Shown: positions 6,684 to 15,687 of the stretch, piece by piece | How the letters are laid out: the number at the start of each line of letters is the position of its first letter | How positions within the stretch are numbered: position 1 is the first letter of the stretch | IMG/VR virus record: IMGVR_UViG_3300045988_155952 | Location: 1 to 37,486 of that record | DNA: 37,486 nt | Source of the DNA: a virus | Strand: one strand, 5' to 3' | Notes under the pieces: generated by a model | The model's input: only the letters and a program-made list of their open reading frames with translations | What the model was told of the DNA's origin: nothing | The model's database searches: none | Made by a program: the position numbers and the translations under genes

Positions 6684-6731
6684 AATATCATTAATGAATT
6701 GCATGGGTGTCCTTTGAATACATAACCGATA

Positions 6732-8219
6732 CTATGTAAATTCTATGTCAATACTATCGTCAAATGGGTTGTAAATCAGTTTGTTAAATATAATTCTCAC
6801 CTTATTCCTTTTTTCTTTATTATCTTTTATATTTCTAAATTCTCTTATAGCTTGTTGCAATTCTGAATCATTTTTCTTGGTAATTGCATCAAGTTGATTT
6901 ATTCTTAATTCATCAATTTTGGCTTCTAGTTCAATATTTTCAGAAGTTAATTCTTCTATTTTTCTTGTCAGTGGTTCAGCTGCTGCATTACTTAATAGCA
7001 TTAATTTTTCCACCAAATTATCAATAGCTTTCTTATTATCATCTATAGACTTTAACAGTATATCTATTTCGTTTTGCTTGTTATCTACTACCATATTACC
7101 TTTATATTTTTTAAACTCTCTATCGTCCTCTAAATTATTAATAAGTATACTTACTTTTTCTTCTATCGTTTCTGCATTAACGTATTTATTATTTTCACAC
7201 TTAACCTTGTCTTTATTTATTCCCATTTCATTACTTGCCCTATTTATCCTACTAGAGCAAACATAATAAGTGTTTTTACCGCTATTTACCAAAACGTACT
7301 TAGAGCCACAGAAAGGGCAATATAGTATTTCTGTAAGCCAATAAGTTTTGCTTTCTCTCTTAGTGGCTTTATCTTTATTCTTATCTAACAGTAAATTAAC
7401 TTTTAAAAACAATTCAGCATCTATCGGTGCGTTGTGTTTGCTTACTATTAGAGTTGGATAGTCAGAAGTTTTGCCATAAGTCATATAGCCCTTTTTATTA
7501 GCTTTTCCAACAACCTCAAAACCTTTATTAAGTAAATAATCCGAAACTCTTTCATCAGACTTACAGTAAACGGGATTTCTTAATATCTTCCCTAAGCTAC
7601 TTCTAGTCGTTAAAGTCTTAATGCCATTATCTAAAAGATATTTTTGTGTAGCATATAGAGAACCTAGTTCCAAATATTTATCAAACATTAATTTTATTAT
7701 TTTATCATCTTCAATTTTTAAAAAGCTTTTACCTTCTTTCTTTTCTATAGTGCAACCAAAAGGAACAAAACCACCAGTAAAACAACCTTTTTTAGCTAAA
7801 CTTATCATATTATCTTTTACTCTTTGTCTTATGTTTTCTCGTTCCATATCAGCAAATGCAGATAACATTATCATCATCATTTTGCCGCCTGGAGTGCTAG
7901 GATCAAATCCTTCGCTTATAGATATTAACTTTACATTGTACTTTTCTAATTCTTCATAAATCTTAAAAAAATCTACTATATTCCTCGATATTCTATCAAC
8001 CTTATAAATAGCCACTATATCAAATTTACCTAACTTAATCAAAGACATTAATCTTTTAAAACTAGGTCGATTGGTATTTCCTCCGCTAAATCCTTCATCT
8101 TCAAATATTTCAAACTCGTTTTCGCCTTGAAAGTATTTTTTACATAATTGTATCTGCGTTTCTATACTCTCACTATTTTCTACCGCAACAGATTTTCTGG
8201 TATATATCGCAATTCTCAT
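6732..8219 (-). CDS. int: Large serine recombinase (phage integrase)
   Basis: The N-terminus MRIAIYTRKSV...(Ser nucleophile) has the resolvase catalytic fold and is followed by a recombinase domain. There is also a Cys cluster (CPFCGSKY...YYVCSS) and a C-terminal coiled-coil. 495 aa. Confidence 0.92.
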   Translation of the reverse strand: MRIAIYTRKSVAVENSESIETQIQLCKKYFQGENEFEIFEDEGFSGGNTNRPSFKRLMSLIKLGKFDIVAIYKVDRISRNIVDFFKIYEELEKYNVKLISISEGFDPSTPGGKMMMIMLSAFADMERENIRQRVKDNMISLAKKGCFTGGFVPFGCTIEKKEGKSFLKIEDDKIIKLMFDKYLELGSLYATQKYLLDNGIKTLTTRSSLGKILRNPVYCKSDERVSDYLLNKGFEVVGKANKKGYMTYGKTSDYPTLIVSKHNAPIDAELFLKVNLLLDKNKDKATKRESKTYWLTEILYCPFCGSKYVLVNSGKNTYYVCSSRINRASNEMGINKDKVKCENNKYVNAETIEEKVSILINNLEDDREFKKYKGNMVVDNKQNEIDILLKSIDDNKKAIDNLVEKLMLLSNAAAEPLTRKIEELTSENIELEAKIDELRINQLDAITKKNDSELQQAIREFRNIKDNKEKRNKVRIIFNKLIYNPFDDSIDIEFT

Positions 8220-8220
8220 A

Positions 8221-8583
8221 TTATCTCCCCTTTTTTAAATTAGCAATTTCCTTTTTTACCATATCCATTATCATTTTTTCAGTTTTTTCATCAATATTCT
8301 TTTCATCTTTGATTATTCCATTTTCAATTAAAAATTCAAGAAAATTAGAAACTAAAGCTTCCTTTTCTTTTCCTAAACCAGTCTTTTCAGTTGTTAAACC
8401 TTCTAAATAATCTAAAGATACATTAAAATATTCAGCTACTTTTTTAGCAAATTCCCTTCCTCCGTCTTGTTTTCCAGCTTCAACCATTCCTATTAAACTT
8501 CTTGCAACTCCTAGCTTTTCACTTAATTGTTTCTGCGTAAGCCCTTTATCTTTTCTTAATTCTTTTAAAATTTCAGATTTCAT
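8221..8583 (-). CDS. cI-like XRE-family repressor, co-oriented and contiguous with int
   Basis: LKELRKDKGLTQKQLSEKLGVARSLIGMVEAGKQ is an HTH. The gene is divergent from the Cro-like gene across an operator-bearing region, and its stop lies 1 nt from the int start. Confidence 0.8.
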   Translation of the reverse strand: MKSEILKELRKDKGLTQKQLSEKLGVARSLIGMVEAGKQDGGREFAKKVAEYFNVSLDYLEGLTTEKTGLGKEKEALVSNFLEFLIENGIIKDEKNIDEKTEKMIMDMVKKEIANLKKGR

Positions 8584-8634
8584 TTTTATTTCTCCTTTTA
8601 AATTAGTAACTTATATATTGGATTATGCCCTAAA

Positions 8635-8652
8635 AGTCATGAAATATAACCA
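8635..8652. promoter_or_regulatory. Operator-like half site (AGTCATGAAATAT...)
   Basis: Shares the AGTCAT arm with the two palindromic sites at 8766 and 8822. It lies near the repressor gene's 5' region. Confidence 0.4.
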
Positions 8653-8765
8653 CATTCATTAAAATATCATAAAAAATGATAATTAAAAAGAGAACATATG
8701 TACTAAAATGTAGAAAAATAAATGAAATAAGAGATATTTTTAGAAAGTTCACTTTAAATTACCAA

Positions 8766-8783
8766 AGTCATGATATATGACAT
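8766..8783. promoter_or_regulatory. Palindromic operator AGTCATgatatATGACAT
   Basis: GTCAT/ATGAC inverted arms. It is one of three related sites in the 285-nt divergent region. Confidence 0.6.
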
Positions 8784-8813
8784 TTATTGAAGTTATATCC
8801 TTAAAAATGGAGT

Positions 8814-8842
8814 TTTACATAAGTCATATTATGTGACATAAT
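8814..8842 (+). promoter_or_regulatory. Candidate early rightward promoter (TTTACA-17-CATAAT)
   Basis: TTTACA at 8814-8819, a 17-nt spacer containing an operator, then CATAAT at 8837-8842. It lies about 27 nt upstream of the Cro-like start. Confidence 0.55.
8822..8839. promoter_or_regulatory. Palindromic operator AGTCATattatGTGACAT inside the early rightward promoter spacer
   Basis: GTCA/TGAC inverted arms. The site lies in the spacer of the candidate promoter at 8814..8842. Confidence 0.6.
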
Positions 8843-8868
8843 AACAACTGTAGAAAGGAGGTGCAAGC

Positions 8869-9111
8869 GTGTTAAAGGACTTAAGACAAAATGTAGGTTT
8901 AACAACTGATTTTGTTTCTAAAAAATTAGGAATTCCTAAAAGCACACTTTATAAATATGAACAAAATCAACTGTTGCCTTCCATGAATATTTTATTAAAA
9001 ATGAAAGACATTTACAAGTGCGATTATGAAGAATTGGTAAATGCTTATAGAATGGCGAAAGGAGTTTACGATGAAAGAAAAGCTAAAAAAAGAAGTAAGT
9101 CAGCTAACTAA
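8869..9111 (+). CDS. Cro-like XRE-family HTH regulator
   Basis: GTG start 5 nt after AGGAGGTG. LRQNVGLTTDFVSKKLGIPKSTLYKYEQNQ is an HTH. It is the first gene of the rightward early operon. Confidence 0.8.
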   Translation: MLKDLRQNVGLTTDFVSKKLGIPKSTLYKYEQNQLLPSMNILLKMKDIYKCDYEELVNAYRMAKGVYDERKAKKRSKSAN

Positions 9112-9226
9112 AGAAGAGACAGAAGAATTATTAAGTAGAGTTAAAGGGATTTTTGAAGGTGGAGTTACTTTTATAAATCCAGAAAACTATAAAAGTGCTA
9201 TGGCAAATTATTATAAAAGTTTATAG
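9071..9226 (+). CDS. Hypothetical 51-aa early protein
   Basis: The ATG at 9071 lies 7 nt after AAAGGAG. It overlaps the 3' end of the Cro-like gene. The 9041 start in the ORF track lacks an RBS. Confidence 0.5.
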   Translation: MKEKLKKEVSQLTKEETEELLSRVKGIFEGGVTFINPENYKSAMANYYKSL

Positions 9227-9261
9227 GACAAGCCTTAGATTAAAAAATAGGAGGAATATAA

Positions 9262-9951
9262 ATGAAAGAATTAATAAAAATTAATACAAATGAAGAAGGT
9301 AAACAATTAGTAAGTGCAAGAGAGCTTTACTTAGGATTAGGGCTTAATAAATCGCAATGGTCGAGATGGTATCCGACAAATATTATAAAGAATGATTTCT
9401 TTACAAAAAATGTTGATTGGATAGGGGTTCGACATGATGTCGAAGGTAATGAGGTACAGGACTTTGCTATATCTCTTGAATTTGCAAAACATATAGCAAT
9501 GATGGCAAGAACAGAAAAATCGCACGAGTATAGAAATTACTTTATTGAGTGTGAAAGAAAAGTTAATCAACTTCCTCAATTATCCAAAGAACTACAAGCA
9601 ATATTTGCACTAGATGGAAAGCAACAAAAATTAGAATCAGAAGTTAAAGAATTAAAGGATAATATGCCATTATTTCAAGTTGACTGTAAAGAACTACAAG
9701 CCATTGTAAGGAAGAAAGGTATAGAAGTCTTAGGAGGGAAGGACAAGCCTTCATACAAAGATAATAGCATAAGGGGAAAGGTTTATTCAGATATTCAACA
9801 CCAGCTTAAGAGAGAGTTCGGAGTTACTAGATATGAAGCTATAAAAAGAAGTCAATTAGGTATAGCTACAGAAATAGTTGACAATTACAAAGTACCAACT
9901 GTATTAGCAGAGGAAATAGAACAACTTAACAACCAACTTCAATTTAATTAG
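9262..9951 (+). CDS. Phage antirepressor (AntA/ORF6N-like N-terminus, ORF6C-like C-terminus)
   Basis: VSARELYLGLGLNKSQWSRWYPTNI...DFAISLEFAKHIAMMARTEKSHEYRNYFIECE is typical of the Ant / KilAC-associated N-terminal domain. The gene sits right after cro. Confidence 0.75.
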   Translation: MKELIKINTNEEGKQLVSARELYLGLGLNKSQWSRWYPTNIIKNDFFTKNVDWIGVRHDVEGNEVQDFAISLEFAKHIAMMARTEKSHEYRNYFIECERKVNQLPQLSKELQAIFALDGKQQKLESEVKELKDNMPLFQVDCKELQAIVRKKGIEVLGGKDKPSYKDNSIRGKVYSDIQHQLKREFGVTRYEAIKRSQLGIATEIVDNYKVPTVLAEEIEQLNNQLQFN

Positions 9952-9961
9952 GAGGTGCAAT

Positions 9962-10144
9962 ATGGAGGAAGTGGAACAAATTCTACAAGATTTTACTAAA
10001 GCTTTAGAGACTACAGTTTTTGCGGTAGAAATTAATGGAATAAAAAGAGAAGCAACACTAGAAGATCAAGTTGACTTTATCAAAAATGCTTGGGAAGAAG
10101 CAAGTGAACAACTATATGAGTTAGGAGTTGAAACTAACTATTAG
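9962..10144 (+). CDS. Hypothetical acidic 60-aa protein
   Basis: RBS AGGAGGTG with compact spacing to the neighbouring genes. Confidence 0.6.
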   Translation: MEEVEQILQDFTKALETTVFAVEINGIKREATLEDQVDFIKNAWEEASEQLYELGVETNY

Positions 10145-10154
10145 AGGTGATTTT

Positions 10155-10298
10155 ATGAGAGATTTAGCATTTAAGCATAAAGTATTTCTAGAGAATTTAG
10201 GAATTGACTATAACAACTATTTATTTGTCGGCAAGGGTGCTGATTACTATAGATTTATGGACAAGCACTCTAAGCGAGTATTTGACATAAGAAGATAA
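10155..10298 (+). CDS. Hypothetical 47-aa protein
   Basis: The ATG lies 6 nt after AGAGGTGA. It is below the ORF-track cut-off, and the competing minus-strand ORF 10221..10502 looks spurious. Confidence 0.45.
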   Translation: MRDLAFKHKVFLENLGIDYNNYLFVGKGADYYRFMDKHSKRVFDIRR

Positions 10299-10338
10299 AT
10301 GTAAATGAATATTAAAGAATTGGAAAGGGGAATAAAAA

Positions 10339-10515
10339 ATGTTAACAAGTAATGCAAGTATATTATTAAAAGCTTTTTCAAGCGTGTTTTTAGTAGCAGT
10401 ATTCTTAATGGGATTTTTCTCATGGGGGTATAGCAAAAACAAGGTAGACAAGCTTAGAAGTGGCTTCTTTACAGTAGGAAGCTTAATAAGTTTTCTATAC
10501 ACAATAAATATTTAA
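10339..10515 (+). CDS. Hypothetical 58-aa membrane protein
   Basis: The ATG follows GGAAAGGGGAA. There are two hydrophobic stretches (AFSSVFLVAVFLMGFF and TVGSLISFLY). The stop is followed by the next gene's RBS. Confidence 0.5.
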   Translation: MLTSNASILLKAFSSVFLVAVFLMGFFSWGYSKNKVDKLRSGFFTVGSLISFLYTINI

Positions 10516-10528
10516 GGAGGTGAAATAA

Positions 10529-10870
10529 ATGACAGAGGAATTAGCAAGAGATAGCCAGGGTAGATATGCTTATAACCCAGAGTATTTCGGCAAAACTAGA
10601 ACACCTTATTCGCAAGACGACCATGATTATCTTGTTAAATGGTATGACAAAATACCACTTGAAGAAATGGCATTTGCACTAGAAAGAACACCAACAAGCA
10701 TAGAAGCAAGAATGAGGTACTTGAAGAAAAATGGATTGTTATACACTTATAAAGCACCAGCACCAAAGCCACTAAGATACAAAGATATTAAATCTCAAAT
10801 AGATACAGTAGTGGCAAAGTATTTCAATGGCATACCACTAAATGTGATCTTAGAAAAAAATAAAGGCTAA
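10529..10870 (+). CDS. Hypothetical protein (113 aa)
   Basis: RBS AAGGAGGTG. No motif recognised. Confidence 0.65.
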   Translation: MTEELARDSQGRYAYNPEYFGKTRTPYSQDDHDYLVKWYDKIPLEEMAFALERTPTSIEARMRYLKKNGLLYTYKAPAPKPLRYKDIKSQIDTVVAKYFNGIPLNVILEKNKG

Positions 10871-10963
10871 TGCTTAAGCACCACCAAAAGCAAATAGCCA
10901 AAACCAAATAATCAATATTAATTATACCAAATAAAATGAATGAATATCAAGGAGGATTTAGAT

Positions 10964-11545
10964 ATGAGTAAATTTAAAGTTGGCGATAAGGTAACAGGCG
11001 TGAATCTAAACCAATGCATGTATGGTAAAAAGGCAAGGGTTATAAAGATAGTAAACTTTTGTGGAATGACAGGTTATATTTTAGATGAATTTCCTACGAT
11101 TAAATGGTGGGAAGACGAATTAAAGCTAATAGAACCAGCAACAACAGAGTTCACCTTCGAGGAAGTAATAGCAAGGATTAAAGAAGGGGAAGTTTATCGA
11201 GGTACTGGAGGTTCAACTGTTGATGAAATAACTAAGAAAAATACAGAAATACTAATATCTATTAGTATTTCTCAAACAGGTATCGTTCCGACAATGCAAA
11301 AATACAAACTAGTTCCACAAAAGAAAGAATACAAACTTTATAAAGTAGAACACAAAGAGGACGGAAAGAGATACTTATTCAGAAGCGATTTAGACCATAC
11401 CTTAGATGATATGGTGGTGTGCGATACTTGCCAAGGTAAGTCTTATGGAAAGATGGTTAAGGTAGTTACTAAAGAACTTACAGAAGAAGAATATAAAGCT
11501 TATAAGCCTATAGTAAGGATAATTTCTAAAGGTTGTCCGTTCTAG
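10964..11545 (+). CDS. Hypothetical protein (193 aa)
   Basis: The ATG at 10964 follows CAAGGAGG. The 10940 start in the ORF track lies upstream of that RBS. Confidence 0.65.
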   Translation: MSKFKVGDKVTGVNLNQCMYGKKARVIKIVNFCGMTGYILDEFPTIKWWEDELKLIEPATTEFTFEEVIARIKEGEVYRGTGGSTVDEITKKNTEILISISISQTGIVPTMQKYKLVPQKKEYKLYKVEHKEDGKRYLFRSDLDHTLDDMVVCDTCQGKSYGKMVKVVTKELTEEEYKAYKPIVRIISKGCPF

Positions 11546-11555
11546 GAGATGCGAT

Positions 11556-11801
11556 ATGGACGAAAGATTGATAGAAATATTCAAATTAGTGTTTTTGCTT
11601 AATCAAAAAAAACACAGTGATTTAAAGATGCACTTAACAGACTTCAGTATAGATATTGTGAATGAAACTTGCGAATCAATAATACCTCATTGGACAAAAC
11701 ATATTTACCTTGATGAGTTTTGGAAAAATTATTATGACGATATGGTAAATGGCACTTTAGAAATGCTTAAAGAAATGTTAGGAGGTGCTAAGAATGAGTA
11801 A
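11556..11801 (+). CDS. Hypothetical protein (81 aa)
   Basis: RBS AGGAGATG. Part of the compact operon. Confidence 0.6.
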   Translation: MDERLIEIFKLVFLLNQKKHSDLKMHLTDFSIDIVNETCESIIPHWTKHIYLDEFWKNYYDDMVNGTLEMLKEMLGGAKNE

Positions 11802-11976
11802 CTTACCGGATTGCAGTTATGACTATAGGCACGAAAACCCACTAGCTGAAAAAATATATACTTGTTCAAGTTGCGGTGGGGGAATTTATACAGGTGATGC
11901 TTACTGGAATATATCGGGGCAGATAATCTGCGAGGAATGTATAGAGCATCTAAAAAATGAAGCAGAGGAGGGGTAA
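11794..11976 (+). CDS. Small zinc-ribbon protein (CxxC...CxxC)
   Basis: The ATG at 11794 follows AGGAGGTG. The Cys pairs are CSSCGG and CEEC. Confidence 0.6.
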   Translation: MSNLPDCSYDYRHENPLAEKIYTCSSCGGGIYTGDAYWNISGQIICEECIEHLKNEAEEG

Positions 11977-12117
11977 TAATGTACGAAAATTGTAAATTGT
12001 AAAATATAAAAACTGTACTAGCTTGTTATGGCGACAAGATGACAGACAAAGAACTTACTCAAATAGCAATTAGGGTAAATGCAGCTAAAGAGAGAATTGA
12101 TAGGGAGGAAAGAGATA

Positions 12118-12609
12118 ATGGCTAAACTTTATGAGATAGCAGATGGATATAGAAATATTCAAGCATTGTTAGATAATCCAGAGATCCCAATGGAAATAGT
12201 AGTTGATGGATTAACCAAGCTAGATGATGATTTTGAGGAAAAAGCTGAAAACATAGCAAAGGTATTAAGGGAAATGGAGGGGGATATAACCTCTCTTAAG
12301 GACGAAGAAGTAAGAATATCAAGCAGAAGAAAAGCATTAGAAAATAGAAAACAAGGATTAAAGCTTTATTTAGAAAGCTATATGAGGGCGATAAGCAAGA
12401 CTTCGTTCAAGGGTAAGCTATTTACCTTCTCTATCAGTAAGAACAAGCCTAGCGTTGAAATAAGCAACCTAGAGGGTATTCCTAGTGAATATATAGAAGT
12501 TGAAGAAGTTAAAAAAGTAGATAAACGAAAATTGCTTGAAGCCTTACAAAACGGAGAAGAAATTCAAGGGGCAACTATTAAACAAAATGAAAGTTTAAGA
12601 ATTAGATAG
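12118..12609 (+). CDS. Siphovirus Gp157-family protein
   Basis: The ATG at 12118 follows AGGGAGGAA. The family pattern is LYEIADGY...FEEKAENIAKVLREMEGDITSLKDEEVRISSRRKALENR...SLRIR. It is paired with a downstream annealase, as is usual. Confidence 0.75.
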   Translation: MAKLYEIADGYRNIQALLDNPEIPMEIVVDGLTKLDDDFEEKAENIAKVLREMEGDITSLKDEEVRISSRRKALENRKQGLKLYLESYMRAISKTSFKGKLFTFSISKNKPSVEISNLEGIPSEYIEVEEVKKVDKRKLLEALQNGEEIQGATIKQNESLRIR

Positions 12610-12619
12610 GAGGGAAGGC

Positions 12620-13156
12620 ATGAATTTAAAATTTAGAACTCTAAACGCAAGTGAAATAGATGTAAGAGTGCAAAGCGTTACTGCAAAAGGGTGCATATTG
12701 TTACTTTACAAAGATGCAAGATGCGACATGAATATCCTGGACGAAACAGTTGGGCCATTGGGGTGGAAAAGGGAACATACAAGAGATAATGCAAATTGTG
12801 TTGTTAGTATTTGGGACACAGATAAAAAACAATGGATAAGCAAAGAAGATACAGGAACAGAAAGTAACACAGAAAAAGAAAAAGGACAAGCATCTGATAG
12901 CTTTAAGAGAGCCTGTGTAAATTGGGGCATAGGCAGAGAGTTATATACATCACCTTTCATTTGGGTTAATGCTAAAGATTGCACCATTGAAGAGTTTGTA
13001 TTTAATGGGAAAAAGAAATACAAGTGTAATGATAAATTTGAAGTTGAAAAGTTACTTTATGATGATAAAAGAACAATTATAGCCTTATCTATCAAGAATA
13101 CCACTAAGAAGGTAAGAGCATTTGTTATGAAGCCACCAGCTGATGTTAAGAAGTAA
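12620..13156 (+). CDS. Rad52/Sak-like (DUF1071-type) single-strand annealing protein
   Basis: DVRVQ...LLLYKDARCDMNILDETVGPLGWKRE...KGQASDSFKRACVNWGIGRELY is the hallmark of Rad52-fold phage annealases. Confidence 0.7.
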   Translation: MNLKFRTLNASEIDVRVQSVTAKGCILLLYKDARCDMNILDETVGPLGWKREHTRDNANCVVSIWDTDKKQWISKEDTGTESNTEKEKGQASDSFKRACVNWGIGRELYTSPFIWVNAKDCTIEEFVFNGKKKYKCNDKFEVEKLLYDDKRTIIALSIKNTTKKVRAFVMKPPADVKK

Positions 13157-13201
13157 GGTTACACAGATTTTAAGTATAGAAGATTTGTAGGAGGATTTTA
13201 A

Positions 13202-13405
13202 GTGGTAAATGTAAAGAAATTAGAAATGTGGAATATGAGTTTATCAATGCTAGTAGGAAAATCTCCAAAGATAAAATTTCTTTGTGGCAAGTGCGGTTCA
13301 TACAATGCAACTAGAATTTCACTAGATGCTGTTAAAAATAGAGCCCCATATGTAGTTTGTAAAAATTGTGGGGAAATAAATGATACAGGAATAACACTAG
13401 GTTAG
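13202..13405 (+). CDS. Small zinc-ribbon protein
   Basis: GTG start 6 nt after GGAGGA. The Cys pairs are CGKCGS and CKNCGE. Confidence 0.55.
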   Translation: MVNVKKLEMWNMSLSMLVGKSPKIKFLCGKCGSYNATRISLDAVKNRAPYVVCKNCGEINDTGITLG

Positions 13406-13416
13406 AAGGTGATAAT

Positions 13417-14214
13417 TTGGCAGAAGTAAAATGGATAAAACTTAATACAGATATGTTCGATAATGCGAAGATTAAGTATTTAAGGACTTTACCAGAAGGG
13501 GACAAGATAGTCCTAATATGGGTGATGTTACTTGCTAAAGCTGGTAAATGCAATGCAAATGGATATATTTTCTTAACCGAAACTATTCCATACACTCAAG
13601 AAATGTTAGCAGCTGAATTTGATTTTGAGATAACAACAATTCAATTAGCGTTAGGCTCACTTATGAAACTAGGAATGATAAACCTTGATGAAAGTAATCT
13701 TTGTATTACTGGCTGGGAAGAACATCAAAATGTTGAGGGCCTAGATAAAATAAGGGAACAAACAAGGTTAAGAGTGGCTAAATACAGAGATAAACAAAAG
13801 TTAATACCATGTAACGTTACAAGTAACGTAACAGTAACGCAATGTAACGGAACAGAAGAAGAAAGAGAAGAAGAAAAAGAAAGAGATAAAGATAATAATA
13901 AAAAAGAAAAAAGGAAAACTGAATTTGATTTATTGATAGAAGGATATACAGAAGATTTACAGTTAAGAAATACAATATATGAGTTTCTAAAGATGAGAAA
14001 GGCAATAAAAGCACCAATGACAAGTAATGCTTTAAAGCTAATGCTTAATAAATTGGATAGATTAGCACCTAAGGACATTCATTGTGATTTAAGGATTGCG
14101 ATACTAGAACAAAGTATTATGAACTCCTGGAAGGGAATATTTGAACTTAAAGATAAACAACAATCAATAAAAGAAGTACCAAAGCAACAGTCACAATATC
14201 AATATTTAGACTAG
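13417..14214 (+). CDS. Phage replisome organizer (DnaD-like)
   Basis: The N-terminus WIKLNTDMFDNAKIKYLRTLPEGDKIVLIWVMLLAKAGKCNANGYIFL is typical of the replisome-organizer N-terminal domain. It sits upstream of dnaB. Confidence 0.8.
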   Translation: MAEVKWIKLNTDMFDNAKIKYLRTLPEGDKIVLIWVMLLAKAGKCNANGYIFLTETIPYTQEMLAAEFDFEITTIQLALGSLMKLGMINLDESNLCITGWEEHQNVEGLDKIREQTRLRVAKYRDKQKLIPCNVTSNVTVTQCNGTEEEREEEKERDKDNNKKEKRKTEFDLLIEGYTEDLQLRNTIYEFLKMRKAIKAPMTSNALKLMLNKLDRLAPKDIHCDLRIAILEQSIMNSWKGIFELKDKQQSIKEVPKQQSQYQYLD

Positions 14215-14224
14215 GAGGTGCAAA

Positions 14225-14377
14225 ATGGATAAATACTTAGAAAAACTAGTTGATTTGATAAAAGAGGGAAAAACCAATAAGGAAATAAAGGCTGAATTTT
14301 GGGTTAATGATAGCCAAATAACGTACATGAGAAATAAATTAGGGATATTCACTAAAGGAAAGAGGGCAAGAAAATGA
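14225..14377 (+). CDS. Hypothetical 50-aa protein (possible small HTH)
   Basis: The ATG follows AGGAGGTG. Its stop overlaps the dnaB ATG (ATGA). It is below the ORF-track cut-off. Confidence 0.5.
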   Translation: MDKYLEKLVDLIKEGKTNKEIKAEFWVNDSQITYMRNKLGIFTKGKRARK

Positions 14378-15675
14378 CAGTAGAACTTATGAAAGCACCA
14401 CCACACGATAAGCTGGCTGAAAAGTCGGTACTTGGTGCAATACTCCTAGAAAACAAGTGCTTTATAGATGTGATAGATGTTATAAATGCAGATGATTTTT
14501 ACCAAAGCAACAATAAGCACATATTTATTGCTATGTATAACTTATATAAAGCTAAAAAGCCAATAGATGTGATTACATTAATCCAGGAAATAGGACAAGA
14601 CAAGATTATGGCAGTTGGTGGGCCAAGCTATCTTACAGAATTAACAGAAATACCAACGTGGCGAAACGTAAAACAACATTCAAAGATAATTAAAGAGTGT
14701 AGCGACCGCCGTAGGCTAATTTCTAGCTTGTCTAAGGCACTTGAAGATAGTTACGAATGTAATTTATCGAGTGTGGTTTCAGACCTTTCTAAGAGCCTAA
14801 TAAGTGGCACTGCGAAAGAGGATAAAAATTACACCGCAGCGCAAATTATGGAAAAGACAATTGAAAGAATACAAAAGGCATATGGAACTGGTGGAAAGAT
14901 TACAGGATTATCAACAGGTATTGCTCGTTATGATAAGTATTCCAATGGTATAAAGAAACAAGAGGTAAGCATAATTGCTGCTAGGCCTAGCATGGGAAAG
15001 ACTGTATTCACGTTAAACCTTATAAATGGATTAAGTAAAAATCATAAGGTTATGATGTTCCAACTTGAAATGAGTGTCGAGGATATTGGAACAAGAATGT
15101 TAGCAGCTGAAAGCTTTATAAACGGATTGAACTTACAACAAGGGAAGATAACTGATAAGGAATGGAGTTCTTTAGGAACTGCGACAAATTCATTATCTAC
15201 AAGAAAATTCATCCTAAATGATGAGGGTGGCCTTAGTTGGGACGAGATAGAGCAGAGAATTAAGCGAGAAAAGATACAGAACGGATTAGATGTAGTTTTT
15301 ATAGACCACTTAGGATTAATAAGAGTGGCTAACAGAAATAGAAATAATGAACTAGGGGAAATAACCGCAAGAGCCAAGGCGCTAGCAAAGGAATTAGATA
15401 TAGCAGTAGTATTCCTTAGTCAATTATCCAGGGCGTGTGAACAAAGAACAGATAAAAGACCAATGCTAAGCGACCTAAGAGATAGTGGGAATATAGAACA
15501 AGATGCAGACCTGGTTACATTCCTTTATCGTGATGAATATTACAATAGGGAAACGGAAGATAAAAACATTATGGAAGCAATTATTGCAAAAAATCGTAAT
15601 GGATTAGTTGGAAATATAAAACTAGCGTATTTGAATGAGTTCCAGATAGTAGGGGACTTAGATACGACAAATTAG
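14374..15675 (+). CDS. dnaB: Replicative DNA helicase DnaB
   Basis: The N-terminus PPHDKLAEKSVLGAILLEN is typical of DnaB. Walker A is IIAARPSMGKTVF, and RDSGNIEQDADLV is also present. Confidence 0.93.
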   Translation: MTVELMKAPPHDKLAEKSVLGAILLENKCFIDVIDVINADDFYQSNNKHIFIAMYNLYKAKKPIDVITLIQEIGQDKIMAVGGPSYLTELTEIPTWRNVKQHSKIIKECSDRRRLISSLSKALEDSYECNLSSVVSDLSKSLISGTAKEDKNYTAAQIMEKTIERIQKAYGTGGKITGLSTGIARYDKYSNGIKKQEVSIIAARPSMGKTVFTLNLINGLSKNHKVMMFQLEMSVEDIGTRMLAAESFINGLNLQQGKITDKEWSSLGTATNSLSTRKFILNDEGGLSWDEIEQRIKREKIQNGLDVVFIDHLGLIRVANRNRNNELGEITARAKALAKELDIAVVFLSQLSRACEQRTDKRPMLSDLRDSGNIEQDADLVTFLYRDEYYNRETEDKNIMEAIIAKNRNGLVGNIKLAYLNEFQIVGDLDTTN

Positions 15676-15687
15676 GAGGAAAAAAGA

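Noticed and set aside
6465-6704. 79-aa minus-strand ORF between the XRE gene and the integrase
   Set aside because: The translation is junk-like, rich in Phe/Lys/Ile, with no RBS. The plus strand carries a consensus promoter, an RBS and a hairpin instead.
10221-10502. 93-aa minus-strand ORF in the early region
   Set aside because: Two short plus-strand ORFs with good RBSs (10155..10298 and 10339..10515) fit the operon polarity. The minus-strand product is low-complexity and lacks an RBS.
12039-12125. 28-aa ORF (MTDKELTQIAIRVNAAKERIDREERDNG) upstream of the Gp157-like gene
   Set aside because: There is no recognisable RBS, it overlaps the Gp157 RBS and start, and it is too short to support without conservation data.
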